A stretch of DNA of 64,000 bases from Selaginella moellendorffii (GCF_000143415.4 NW_003314289.1:1420293-1484292), one strand, 5' to 3'; shown: positions 1 through 11,966, counted from the first letter of the stretch. Translations and numbers: made by a program. Notes: a model not told the origin generated them from the letters alone.

Positions 1-494
1 TATGAGCGAGCACAACGTTCTTCCAGATGGAGTGACTTGCACCACGCTCATGCACGGCCTGTGCCGGGACAAGAGAACGGACGAGGCTGTGAGGCTTTTC
101 CAGTACATGGTGGAGAAAGGCACTGTGGCTGACGTCCTCCCCCACAACATCGTCCTCGCAGGCCTGTGCAGGGAAGGCAAGCTCGCGCAGGCCCTTCTCT
201 TTTTCAAGTNNNNNNNNNNNNNNNNNNNNNNNNNNNNNNNNNNNNNNNNNNNNNNNNNNNNNNNNNNNNNNNNNNNNNNNNNNNNNNNNNNNNNNNNNNN
301 NNNNNNNNNACCAAGCGGTGGATTACTTCCAGCAGATGACATGCTCGGGCTGTGCTCCAGACTACGTTGCCTACAACACGCTCATGAATGGGCTGAGGAA
401 GCAAGGGAGGCACATCCAGGCGGACAGGCTCACACAGGCCATGAAGGAGAAGGGGTTCTTGTCGGATTGCTTCAAGGCGCCGCTCAGAGCCTAA
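1..494 (+). CDS. P-class pentatricopeptide repeat protein, 3' end (5' truncated, interrupted by N gap)
   Basis: PPR motifs PDGVTCTTLMHGLCRDKRTDEAVRLFQYM and, after the gap, DQAVDYFQQMTCSGCAPDYVAYNTLMNGLRKQGR...*; stop TAA at 492-494. Confidence 0.85.
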
Positions 495-717
495 GGTAGC
501 TGTCAGCACCCTTTTGCAACTTCCGCGACAAGTAAGTACACAGATTCACAGCTTTTCAGACCAGACTTTTGATGACTCTTTGTTTTTTTCTCGTTTGACT
601 CAGGACGACTTCCATTTCTTGCATGCCTGTGATCCATCTTATTGTCTTGAGTTATCGATCCATCTTGGAGAAAAAAAAGGGGGAAAGGGGGTGACCTTCT
701 TCTTCTCAAACGTTCGT

Positions 718-1742
718 TAGTTGACAATGCATGCTACAACTTCCACAAGATCCAGCATAGGATCTGGGTGTCCTGCCTGCTTGAGACGCTCCATTATGTT
801 ACACTTGTTAGAGGCGTCCCGTTCTGTCCTGGAAGTAAAAACCACTGTTAGCATCCGACCGGTAAGTGCGAGCTATGTTTTTCTGGAAAGGATTTATCGC
901 TCTCACGCACGGGGTCGGTTGCAGTTGATCGCGGATTTGCTGTTGCAAATACTCCCGGCACTTCTCCAGAGCTTCGCGCATCCAGGCGTGACGAACTTTC
1001 TCAATGGCGGTGGCAATTGTGAACTGAAAGAGAACGAGAGAGAGCTAAGTTTGAGTTCATTCTAAATTCTTCCTCTTCTCTCCAGGCATTTACCCATTGA
1101 CGACGTCGAGCCTCCTGCTCGGGCCAGGTCTCGAGCTCTTGAGTCACTTCTAATGCAAACATGTATGCCTTGCAGTTGCCTTTGGTGCACACCATGTCGT
1201 GGCGTTTGCTCGCAAAGATCCAGTGACCGAGCTCTTCCTGGGAGATTTTAGACAAGAATCGAGTGAGAAACTTAAAGAACATCGTACTACTATGAGAACC
1301 TTGATCTGGCCTCGAACGCCGGCTTCTTCGGCAGCCTCTCGGCAAGCTGCGTCCTCGACAGTCTCATCAAACTCCCAGCCTCCCTGGAAGAAGACGCGAA
1401 AGAGAGACGAAAGAGAGACGAACGAGAGACAATGAAACGCGGTGAGAAACCAGACGAGAAAGAAACAGTCGCGTACCTTTGGAAAGACGAGGCCATGGCC
1501 ATTGAGCGAACTGATCATGAGAATTCGGACATTGTCAACAACAGCGTGGGGAGTGGAGCCTCCTTTCTTGAGCCGATACGGTATGCAGCTAGACAGAAAA
1601 AAAGAAAAGGAGATTTCGTTTACGAACTAAAACTCGAAATTTTGTGCTTCCAGGAGCTCAAATTCAATGCTACTCACCCAGCGACGAGCCTGTAGCCCTG
1701 CTCAAATCTCTGCCGCTGTGGCTCGTCGGTGATTCCCTCCAT
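718..1742 (-). CDS. Nudix hydrolase (plant NUDT12/13/16-like, DIPP subfamily), multi-exon
   Basis: Spliced MEGITDEPQRQRFEQGYRLVAG|CIPYR...ILMISSLNGHGLVFPK|GGWEFDETVEDAACREAAEEAGV (Nudix box)|...WPEQEARRRQW|...HAWMREALEK; last exon uncertain. Confidence 0.85.
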
Positions 1743-3511
1743 TGGCGATTCAACCGCGAAGAAATACGAGGAAGGAGAACGCAAAAGCAAATATTGGAAA
1801 CTTGCGACCGAGGTGAGTAAAACTTCTCAACCGGATTTCTTCATTGAATCGATAGAGAGTTTGTCAAGTTGGAGAGAGGGAGTCGAGAGTGCTGCTGTTC
1901 GTTATCACTCTCGGTCAAAAATCTCGGATTTTTGAGACGAAGAGGTCGATGAGTCTGGAGATCATAAACTTGAGCGAAGTTATCTCCTTCTACGCAATGA
2001 CAGATTTGAGTTAGCCGAAAGAGAAGATGAGAAAGAGAAGAGGGGACAGGGTAAAAAAGAGGGATGGATGAAGAGTCGGTCTCACAGGTTTGGTCTTTTC
2101 CTGGGAAAAAGAAGGGAAGGAAAAAGAAAAAATGGAAAATCAATCACTGGCTGAGTCTTTGTTTTATTTTATTTTGATATTTATTTTTTCTTTTTCCTTG
2201 GCAGAGCACCATTTGCACAGCCGCGATGTTCAGCTTGCAGCAACAGCAGCCTTTTATGAAGAATGAACAACACATGTCAGCCGAAAAAAAAGGGGAGAAA
2301 TCAACACACCAGCAACGGTGAGAAAGTAAGGAAGAAAAAACGAGAGAGACTTCGCATGCTTTCTTTTTTTTCGCAGCGAGGACGATTAGAAGAACTGATA
2401 AGATCTGGAGATGAAACTCTCATCAAAGATCAACATCTACACATTAAAGCTCTTCCATGTGCTTGGCATTTGCATTCGTGCAGTGGGAGCATTGCTCCAG
2501 CCTTGACCAGATAAGAAAAAAGAAAAATTTAAAGTTCTAGAGTGTGATCTTGGCTTGGAACTTGCAAAGTCGACTGAATTTTTTGCATGAACAGATTGAA
2601 GTTCTCAAGATCAAGAAAATCTTCGCTTCCACAAGTACTAGAAAAAAGAAAGAGAAGAAGAAGGCGAAGAAAGAAATGCTAGACGCCGCCCGCGATGGTG
2701 TGTGATATTTAAAGCCTGCGCGGCTGCTACTTAAAGAAAACGATTTACAAAGTTTTGTAAATTCACAGCGAAGTTATGTGGTAATGCGGCGGCCGCGATG
2801 ATTGACTGTATCGTATAACCTTGGTTTTTCTTGTCCTTTAAAGGGAGAAAAAAAAAAGACTATTCTGTTTTTTTTTGTTTTTTTGTTTTTTTTCTTTGAG
2901 AGCCTACAAACATGACAAGTTTGACTACATCTTTGTAGCTACGAACCCCAGCAATTGTCTATTCGCTAGACAAACGATTGATGCCACCGTGCTTGATTTT
3001 GGTGCAACGCGATTAAAAACGAGCTGCTTGTCTTTAGTGCCACCGATGTAACGCTCCTCAAATTCCCAAAATCAAATCCATTCGCCCATCAATTGCAAAC
3101 ATGGATCTAATAGACCCATGCAAGACTTAGATTGTCTATAGACCCTGAAATCATAGACTTCTCGTACAATTACAGCTATTTTTCTAGATTGTTTCTTCTC
3201 TCTTTTGGCTGAGAATCTCCATCCAAAAGCTTCTTTTGCAACTCAGCGAAGCACAAAATGCCAGAGATTCTCACGAGCTTTGAACTTCTGCTGCTCAAGT
3301 TGTTTCGAGGAAGGAAAGATGTTATCACACCTCTCAATTCCTGATGCACTAAAGGCCAAGATGCATTGGCAGCGTGTTGTTTTTACACTAAAAGGAAACT
3401 TCCCTAGGCAAGGAGAAGGTTCTAAGTTGGTTGCCTTAACATTTTCAAAAATGTGGTATATTCTCTGTTTTGGGATATTAAGGTTTACAATTCAAACCTT
3501 AAACCCTAAAC

Positions 3512-5272
3512 CTATAATACTGTATTAATATTGACTGTGAGAAAACCAACCTTGAGTTTGCCACCAGTCAATCTCAAGCAATTGATGGCGTAACTCCAGC
3601 TTGATCCCAAAGCGCCCACAAAGAAATCAGCCTCGAGAGCCATCACCAAGTTGACAAAGCTGTTGTCAAATGCTGTCTTGGTACCTAGAGATTCCATATA
3701 TTCGGTCATGTGCATTGTGCCATATTGCCTCCTCACTTCCGTGAAGTAGAACTCCCAGTCTGTGAACTCGTCGGATTCGTCAACCACAGTCTTGTTCAAG
3801 GCAAGATCATCAAGATTTATTGCAATGCTTGAAGTGAGATTGTTCTTACCTGCATTTCCGTGGAGAGCCACACGCTGTGCAATTCCGGAAACTTTCTTCG
3901 CAAAGCGTTGGCGAGGTTCATGTAATCCTTCAAAGGATGGAGGGTCATCTCGTAGCTTTTATCCCCTTGCCTTACATGCACGCTCACGATGGGTCGTGGA
4001 ATCCACACTTTTGCATCGTCTGGCTGGGATGAATTGAGCTGCCAATCTTTTGTAATCGACAACATGACCTTTTCAGCGGCATTTACTCCGAATGCTCGAT
4101 GCCTGGCTTGGTTAAGTAAGTTGCATAAGTATTCACTGGGAAAGCGCAGAAGATAGCGATATGCCTGATCATTAATGTGTTTTGGCATAATCAACGAGAT
4201 CCAATAGTTTAATTACCTGAGCTCTCCACCATACTCGTTCATTGGTCTCATTGGTGTTTGCAATGAGATTTCCATCAAGCTCTTCTGTTGGTTGCATTTT
4301 CTTCCAAGGCTCTCCCCAATGTCTACTGACTATGATTTAGTATATAGAATTAAAGAGAAATGGAACTTAACTTTGGTACACCAGCCCATGGATCAAAAAC
4401 ATTGTCTGAGCGTTTCAATATCCCTGATTTCCAAGCAGACTCATCTGAATAAAGCTCCAAAGCTCTGTGAATGCATTCCTTAGCGGCCTCTGGAGCAAAG
4501 TAGCAAGACCACCTCAAGTGATTTGACCCTGCAACATGGATTTAAAAATATTATTGAAAGTGAGAAATTCTAAGTTCAAAAAACCAACCAGTGCATCCCT
4601 CATGATCTGCTCCAGGGAAGGGCAGTGTAATAAAAACTCTCCCCTCACTCACAGCTGAGGAAAGAATTGCTGAAAGAAAAACCATCTGAGATCCAACACC
4701 AATAGGTGCGGTCTGGCTGTGCCAGTGGGCCAAGAGGAATCTTGCATTGCTGCAGTTTTTGGGGTGTTGATGCAGCCACAAATCCTGCTGGACAAGCCTT
4801 GTTAGAGGGAGATTATCGTCATCACTGCCATGAACCTGCTAGATCATATACTTTGTTAATCAAATTCACACTTCCAAAGGGATATACTTGCCCATGGTAT
4901 GGCTAGAGAAGAATTTGAGGAAATATTGTCATCCACAAGATCTTTCCATAGGTTCCAAGGAGGCAATTCACCATTCTTTCCACGATTGTCCATCTTGGTG
5001 TGGAGCTCTTCACATCTTTTGCAATCTTGAATGTGAGGTGGAAGTAATGCTCTTGGAAGATTTGTGCTGCTGTGACCTCGCTCCAAAACCTTGCTCCATA
5101 GATCCACCAGGGCCTTTATCTTTCTTGGGACTCTTCTTTGTGTGTGTGACCATTTCCTGGAGCCAATTCCTCTCTCTAGTTTATGGCCAATAAAAAGGTA
5201 AGCAATCAAAACAAGCAAGAGTAGCCAATGCAGCCTGGAGCGAGCTTTGCGAATCTTTATTCTCCATTCCAT
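3512..5272 (-). CDS. Alpha-1,6-fucosyltransferase (FUT8/GT23)-like type II membrane glycosyltransferase
   Basis: N-terminal TM (WLLLLVLIAYLF); WLHQHPKNCS; IVSVHVRQGDK; VWLSTEMQ; LVMALEADFFVGALGSSWS, resembling fucosyltransferase motifs I-III. Confidence 0.75.
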
Positions 5273-5399
5273 GGCTCAGTTGAGAAGAATAGGCTAGGAG
5301 ATACTCCTACTCAAAATTTCCCCCATTTACCAAACTTTAGATAGGTGAAAGGTTTGGTTCTATTCCTTTTCAAAAACACGTAGCGCGGGCATTTGCGGT

Positions 5400-5600
5400 C
5401 CAAGATTTTCATTGGAACTCATCGGTCGCCATCGCGAAGGCTTTCATCATGGAATTCACGGAAACTTCGTTGATCGCCGGGAAGATTTCCTGCGCAAGTG
5501 TGGGATCTTCGGCGCTGGAATGCGGCGAGAGGAACGAAGTCCACGAGAAAACATTGCGCTTGGGCATCGACTCAAAGGTTAGAACGAGAGGAGGCTGCTC
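5400..5600 (-). pseudogene. PPR (PLS-type) relic
   Basis: FESMPKRNVFSWTS and NEVSVNSMMKAFA fragments with no complete ORF. Confidence 0.4.
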
Positions 5601-6269
5601 CACGAAACTTTAGACCGCTGTGGCATCTTCCTTCAAGTTATTCCTAGAAGTTCTAGAACATATCTAGTTCTCCTCCCATAGAAGGTGCTAGATCTCAAAA
5701 CGTTTTCGACCTGATCCTTTCTAGCGAACACAGAGGTGAGTGAATTCCATGAAATATCATTGCTTTCTGGCATTAGATCAGTCTTGCAAGTTTCCAAATG
5801 CCCATTATGGGCATAACTCTAAGTAGTGTCATATAGGAAATTACACTCCAAGAAGGAGATCAATCACAAACTTCTCAGTATCACCATTCTTCCGTAAGTT
5901 GAACTAAACTTCTTTCGAGAATCCCAAAACATCTCTCCAGCTTCCAAAACACGCCCATGCAAGCAAGATTTCTGGACTTTTTTGTTTGCAGGTGTCGAAC
6001 ACGCCCTTGATGATGGTGAACGCAGCCCAAAATGTGGTCAAATCTAAGTTGTGCAGTGCCAAAATTAAAGTATAAACTTTGTTGACATGGCAATTAAGCT
6101 AATCAGATGCAAGGTCTGGTTTGGTCTCAGTCCGTAGCAGTCCGAAACACAAGGTCCAGTGACAAAGGTTCCACGAGAAAACATTGGGTTAGCACCGTCT
6201 ATGCAGCCACACTTTCCATACATTTGGATGAGAAGATTCGCAAGGAAGAGTCGACTACCACCGACGAGA

Positions 6270-7160
6270 ACGAGTTCCTGGACGATGCAAAGACGCTCTT
6301 TTCTGAAAGGCCGTCCTCATCTCGATCGCGAGGATCGTCGGAGGAGAGGATCGAGACCCATGCCACGAGATCGGCCTTGCCCCTGGGGGCCTACTGCGGG
6401 AATGGATTCGTGGAGCGATCCAAAGAGCTGTTTGATCGATCCCCCCAGCGAGATCCGTGATGTGGACGGCGATCACGCAAGCTTAAGCTCAAGAACAGCA
6501 AGAGGATTCTCTCGACAAAGCCTAGCGTGCACTCTCGATGATGCTGGCCGATATAAGGAATCACTGCGAGCTCTACTCGCGATCCAAGACGCTGGAACAA
6601 AACATGATAGCCAGCACGATCGTCAACGCCCGGCGCGGCGATTTCCAGGCGTCGCGCAAGATCTTCGATCCGGCGAGGTGGCCACCGCGTGATCGATGCG
6701 CGAGAGGAATCCAGTGTTGTGGACAGTGATGGTCGCGGGGCTCTCGCAGTGTGGCGAGCTCCACCAATCGCGGGAAGTTCTTGTGCGATCTCCTACGAAA
6801 GATCTCGCGGCTTTCACCTCAGTGATGGGTGGGCGACACGGCCAGCGCGAGAAAGATCGGCAAAGGCCGATCTCGTGGCGTGGATCTCGGTCCTCTCCTC
6901 CGGCGATCCTCGCGATCGCTATGCCGGCGAGGATATCCTCTTCTTCCGGGAGATGCTGGGACGGATCGATCTTCCTCAGCTTGATCGCGGGCAGCAGCCA
7001 CAGTGGGCGGCTCGGCCACGGCCTCGGGATGGAGTTCCAGCGCGACCACGGAACTCTCCGGGGCTCCATCACTACAGCGTGGATTTGCTGGGGCGGGTGG
7101 GGCGATTGATCGAGGCGGAGGAACTGGTGGCGATCATGCCCTTTCTTCCAGACGGAATCG
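6270..7160 (+). pseudogene. PLS/E-class PPR pseudogene
   Basis: Frameshifted fragments AYCGNGFVERSKELFDRSPQRD, LWTVMVAGLSQCG, IFLSLIAGSSHSG and HYSVDLLGRVGRLIEAEELVAIMPFLPD (E-domain-like). Confidence 0.7.
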
Positions 7161-7415
7161 CGATTGGAATTAGATCCTCTCCCCAAGCTTCTCGATCGAA
7201 AGAAGCGCTAGATTGGCTATCGCCCTAGGCCGAGCTTAGCATCCATAGCCAACTAAAGTCAACGAAGAATGGTACCGTTGGTCAAGTCAACAAAATCAAC
7301 CAAAAGGTCAACAAAGCCCTAATGGTCAACATCTGCCTTTTAAACGGGTTCTCTTAACTGTGGCGCTATTTGAGGGCCCAGGGGGAGAATTAGGGTTCTA
7401 AGAGAAAAGGAAGAC

Positions 7416-7713
7416 ATGGAGGCTGTGGATGTGGTCGTGCGGCCGATGAAGGAATTCGCCAAGGACAGCCTGCGGCTCGTCAAGCGCTGCCACAAGCCGG
7501 ATCGCAAAGGTAAGAGAGATCTCGCTCTCTCTCGCGAGAATTAGGGTTTATAGATCTAGATCTCTGATTGGATTGATCGATTCGTGGGCTCCTGCAGAGT
7601 ATACCAAGGTCGCGCTGAGGACAGCGGCGGGATTCGTAGTGATGGGATTCATCGGATTCTTCGTCAAGCTCATCTTCATCCCGATCAACAACATCATCGT
7701 TGGATCGGGCTAG
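7416..7713 (+). CDS. SEC61G: Protein transport protein Sec61 gamma subunit (2 exons)
   Basis: [31 protein letters not shown]|[38 protein letters not shown]; GT-AG intron. Confidence 0.97.
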
Positions 7714-8061
7714 AGAGAGTTTTTTGTAAGGTTTCTCCAAGGAAATTGACCATGGAATTTTTTCCCTCTTTTTCTAGTCTCTCCATTTAGCTTTGCCGGT
7801 GGATGGTTTCTCGACACCTGGGAGGACACTGGTCACCGCGAGACACCGCGAGACACCATCGAGCTCGCATATAAATCCCCAATCTGGATAAACTCTCTGT
7901 CACTCCAGAGTGGAAGAGGTCTAGGATCCGATCGATCGATTAGTAAGCTCTTCGTCTTCTCGACGCTTTTGGGTTTGTTTTTCCGATTCAGGGGAGGAAG
8001 AAGAATCACTCCGGAGGGGATTTTGGAGTGTGGATCGGTGTGATTTTGTGGATTTGTAGCG

Positions 8062-8298
8062 ATGTCTGGAGCGCAGGGAGCTCTTCCCCCGGGATCATTC
8101 ACCGACACCACCTACGAGAGCCAGGAGGGCGCCAAGATCAAGGAGCGCGTTGATAGCAAGGAAGACGCCCATGGCATCCCCGTGAAGATGGGCACGGACG
8201 AGCAGCACAAGGACGAGGCCGCCGGGCATGGAGGCCCCGTCTTTGGCCAGCCGGACGCCAAGAAGGAAGACGATATCGGGGTCTCGGGCACCGCCTAG
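8062..8298 (+). CDS. Small hydrophilic seed/desiccation-type (LEA-like) protein, 78 aa
   Basis: MSGAQGA...TTYES...SKED...AAGHGGPVFG...DIGVSGT; no Cys or Trp; TATA-like catataaat at about 7868. Confidence 0.65.
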   Translation: MSGAQGALPPGSFTDTTYESQEGAKIKERVDSKEDAHGIPVKMGTDEQHKDEAAGHGGPVFGQPDAKKEDDIGVSGTA

Positions 8299-8394
8299 AG
8301 CGACACGTGGCATGCCACGTTGTCCCGTGTGGATATCCAAGTCACCAATGTAATTACGTGTTAGGTCAAGTGTGTATAGTCTTAAGTATGAAAT

Positions 8395-8465
8395 GCACTG
8401 CTGGTCTAGTGGTAGAATAGTACCCTGCCACGGTACAGACCCGGGTTCGATTCCCGGGCAGTGCA
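8395..8465 (+). tRNA. tRNA-Gly(GCC)
   Basis: GCACTGC TGGTCTAGTGGTAGAATAGTACCCT-GCC-ACGGTACAGACCCGGGTTCGATTCCCGG GCAGTGCA; 71 nt, paired acceptor stem, T-runs downstream. Confidence 0.97.
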
Positions 8466-8549
8466 AATGTTTGGGTTCTTTATTTTGACATTTTTGAGCT
8501 CAAGAATTTCTGAGTTCAGCTCAGCTGCGTCTGAGTGCTTCAATTTAAT

Positions 8550-8730
8550 GCCTGATTGGAATTTGGAAATAGCTGAAGTATACTTGATTGGAATTTGGAA
8601 ACAGCTGAACTATGATAGGCGTTCATGAGTAGAAGATTTTACCTCATACAATTGTTCTTCCACTCAAATCAAGCAAAGATACATGGATTTCCACTCAACT
8701 CATATCAAGCAAAGATACAGGGATTTGCAG
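8550..8730. repeat. Two short tandem duplications (about 31 and 36 bp)
   Basis: tgattggaatttggaaa(t/c)agctgaa x2; atcaagcaaagataca(t/g)ggattt x2. Confidence 0.7.
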
Positions 8731-8806
8731 CTCTTATGTAGAGAGACGTTGGAAAGTTCGCTCGCTCTGTTTAGTTTTTGTTACTACTTCCTTTTTGGAC
8801 TAAGTA

Positions 8807-9157
8807 TCACTTGACAACAAGCTTTTCATCTTGCAGCATCCGACTTGACTTGAATGTATTGTCGTTGGCATCTGTCAAATAGAAAGTGCCATTTTCTTCA
8901 CTGATATAGAACGCTGCCTGGGGCTCCAAGTCCCTGACATCCAGATGCAAACCAGTGGGAATTTCATGATTTTCACGGGCCACCATGACAGCAACTCGAA
9001 AGTAAGTTCGAGAGGGAAGCTTGATCCTCAAACTTCTAGAAACTTTTGGGGGGACAACTCCCAGCTTCACACCATAGATCATCCTGAACCTGTCACGAAG
9101 AACAACAATATAGTCAGTGCCATTGGTGATTTGGACCTTTGTGCTCGCAGCACCCAT
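8807..9157 (-). CDS. Uncharacterised 116-aa protein ('ORF-X') with possible N-myristoylation signal
   Basis: Intact ORF MGAASTKVQITNGTDY...; two decayed paralogues at about 13680-14067 and 15455-15690. Confidence 0.55.
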   Translation of the reverse strand: MGAASTKVQITNGTDYIVVLRDRFRMIYGVKLGVVPPKVSRSLRIKLPSRTYFRVAVMVARENHEIPTGLHLDVRDLEPQAAFYISEENGTFYLTDANDNTFKSSRMLQDEKLVVK

Positions 9158-9189
9158 GTATCCTCTATTCTTCCTTCTGTTTACCACGA

Positions 9190-9850
9190 AGACTTTAGTA
9201 CCTGGAACTCAGGAGGAATAGTATGAAAAAGAAATAGTTAATATTCACTTTTAAAAGCCATGAAGAGCTGCTAGCCTTTCGTGAGTGTCAATGTTTATAG
9301 TTTGCTTGCAAGAATCAGAAAACTCTTAGTTTTCACTCGATAAAGAAGTTGCAAACCATGGCCGGATAAAACTGTTTTCCCGACGAGCGAAGCTCGTGAG
9401 TGATCTTGACATCCATGAGCCGGTGATTGTCTTTGGAGCGAGTGATTTCGATCGAGCCTTGCATAACATCACCGTCTTCGATTACCACTGGAGGCTGGAG
9501 AAGGAAGATCAAAGAGACGCTTTGAAGCATCTGTTTTCTCCAGTGTGTTGTGTCAGTGTCACTTGGACTGTACAAACACTATCTTACTTGTCCAGTTGTT
9601 GTCAACTCGACTTCCTTGTCTGCTGGATTCGACGAGTTTCCCTGGAAAGACACACTAATAGAGTTAGGGAAGAGGAAAAGAGAGCTGGAGAGATTTTCTG
9701 ATCCGCAAGAACCAAAAGTAGCCGGCAAATCCACAGAGCCTAAAGAGTGAACGAGAATCGCGACTTAACAGCATTGGAGCAATCGATCTCTTTCACAACA
9801 ACAGGCTCGGATATAAGTTCGACCATCAGGAATGCCGCCGTACCCGGATC
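9190..9850 (-). pseudogene. Inverted copy of PRMT10 3' exons, introns and 3' UTR
   Basis: FLLQPPVVIEDGDVMQGSIEITRSKDNHRLMDVKITHELRSSGKQFYPAMVCNFFIE* nearly matches the last exon at 13372-13548; upstream exons decayed; no 5' half. Confidence 0.9.
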
Positions 9851-10179
9851 GTACGGCGATGCTATCAAACAGGTCCTTGGCCTCGTTCACAAGTCCAGCT
9901 TTACCACTGTGATCTTCCTTGGAAACCAACTCCATCGATCCAAAGTATTGACAGGCCTCTTTCAAATGACCTGAGTGGCTCAACGCTCTGTAAGAATGCT
10001 CATAAATGTTCGACTAACACCCTCCAATTGAGAATGTAAAGGAGAGTCTTGGGGCTCTGTGTGCATCCTGGGAATATCCCTGAAGCAGCGAAGTCCACAA
10101 CACAATGCTTTCGACCGGCGCAGCGTCAAGGAGCTTCTTAGCATCGCTTCATGTCCATTTCGGGCATATGCGTGCTCCA

Positions 10180-10650
10180 CAATTGGTGTCAACTCGATTT
10201 CCTTCTCTGCTGGATTCGAGGAAAGCCACACTAGTAGAGTTAGCGAAAAGAAAGAGAGAGGGATAGAGCAGGATTTTATCATGAAAGCGTGAACACCAGC
10301 CAGCAGAGCCTGTCGCTTCCAAAAAGAGTAAACGAAAATCGCGAATTCACAGCAGCAATGTCCTGGACCGTTTCATTGGGCAATCGATCTCTTACAACCA
10401 GGTCGCTAATCACTTGACTCGGATATCAGGAATGCCGCCACCGCCACCTTACCCTGATCCTAGCATGCTATAAAAAGGTTCATTCACAAGTCCAGGTCTA
10501 CCAAGAACGTAAATCATGTCTGAAAACACAAAATAATCAAACTCCATTGAACCAGGCCGGAGTGGCTCAATGCTGTAAGAATGCTCACATAAATGTTACT
10601 TAGTCCTGACTAACACCCTCCAAATTGAGAATGTAAAGGAGAGCCTTGGA
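10180..10650 (-). pseudogene. Second, more decayed PRMT10 fragment; tandem duplicate of about 9590-10050
   Basis: SNPAEKEIELT exon; gagtggctcaa...tgtaagaatgctca...gagaatgtaaagga repeated at about 9973 and 10560. Confidence 0.75.
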
Positions 10651-11305
10651 TGCCGCGAATGGGCATATGCTGTGTCTCTGGTGGGCATCAAATTCATTAT
10701 GATTTGTAGTTAAGGATGGCAAGCATGACATTCCACGTCACTCCGTAGCGATACGGCATCGATTCCAACAGCTTCCTTGTCGTCAACCAGGCGAGGGTGT
10801 GTCATGTTTGACACAATACCCCACGTGGAACGTTAGTGCCTTGCTCGTGGTACAAGATACCAGGTCATCTGGTCATGGAGATTCCCAGCCTGGGCATATG
10901 CTGTGAGCAGAATCGTCCACGTACGAGACCAAGTCCACCTGTGGCATCTCTCTAAGTGTGCTGTCAAAAAATTCTATATTCTGGGGATGGGAATATGCAC
11001 TAAGCATCTCATTCCAAGAGACAATGTCCCCTCATTCATTGCATCAACGATCCCTTTTGCCGATGCCAGATGCCCATCCTGGGAATACCCCTGAAGCAGC
11101 TAAGTCCACGTGGGCATATGACTGTATCTTATCCGCCACTGTGCCTTGGCACGTGTCTCAAGTTGCACGTCAACTAGCCCACGTTATTCATGCAAGGCCT
11201 GTCTAATAGTATAAATACATGTCTTCCTCCACTCTATATACATACCACTCTCCTGTTGTTGTTATCCTTGCAGCAGCACGGTTTAATCCTTGCGAAGTAA
11301 ATCCC

Positions 11306-11602
11306 ATGGACAAGGCAGCAAAGATCACCCTTGTTCTCACACTCACTGTTGCATTTGCATTTGCCTCACTCGAGTCCACCAATGCTGTTGAGATAGCTCC
11401 CAACACAAAGTTTGTGCCGGCTTCTTCTCTTCTCTCATACTTCAGGAGCCTGAAAGAGCTGGAGTGCATGCCGCACTCTCAATGCTGCCCCGACTCCAAG
11501 CCCTGCCCATCAGAGGACCAGGAGTGTAAGATCTGTGCCAAAATTTATCCTGCACTGTGCTTCTGCACGGACAAATCTGGGCTTAACAAGCTGATGCTGT
11601 AA
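11306..11602 (+). CDS. Secreted Cys-rich peptide, Bowman-Birk-like protease inhibitor (copy 1, loop CAKIYPALC)
   Basis: Signal peptide; 8 Cys; ICAKIYPALCFCTD aligns with the BBI loop C-x-P1-P1'-x-P-x-x-C-x-C-x-D; TATA-like tataaata at about 11210. Confidence 0.75.
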   Translation: MDKAAKITLVLTLTVAFAFASLESTNAVEIAPNTKFVPASSLLSYFRSLKELECMPHSQCCPDSKPCPSEDQECKICAKIYPALCFCTDKSGLNKLML

Positions 11603-11966
11603 TCTGGAGGTATGCATAACTTATCTCATGTTTCTTTATACTCAGTGCTAAGCATTTATGTGTCCCACAACCACTTAGTTTTAACACATAAAGACATTTG
11701 TTCCTCCATTCTTCATAAGTCGCCCGTCTTCTGTATTTTCCGCTTTGCAATTGGTGCATTAGTGGCTGTTTCTTTGATAGCCACGCACTTCGCTACTGAT
11801 AATAATAATAATAAAACTCTCAAGCTTGTTTGAGAGTTGACCTGTTTGAACGATAATGTCTTAATGGTGACGTGTTAGTACGGTATGGTGACGTGTCTGT
11901 ACGGTCTGGGTCTAGGGTTTTGGATCTATGTCGTCTAGGGTTTTACAGGCAGCGGTGGCGGTGAGG

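Noticed and set aside
8466-8560. Dicistronic tRNA-Gly-snoRNA (as known in Arabidopsis)
   Set aside because: No C/D boxes follow either tRNA and T-runs occur soon after. The snoRNAs at 16.1-16.3 kb are on the opposite strand, upstream of the second tRNA.
11219-11305. N-terminal extension of BBI-like copy 1
   Set aside because: The ATG lies immediately after the TATA-like box, and the signal peptide starts at 11306 as in copy 2
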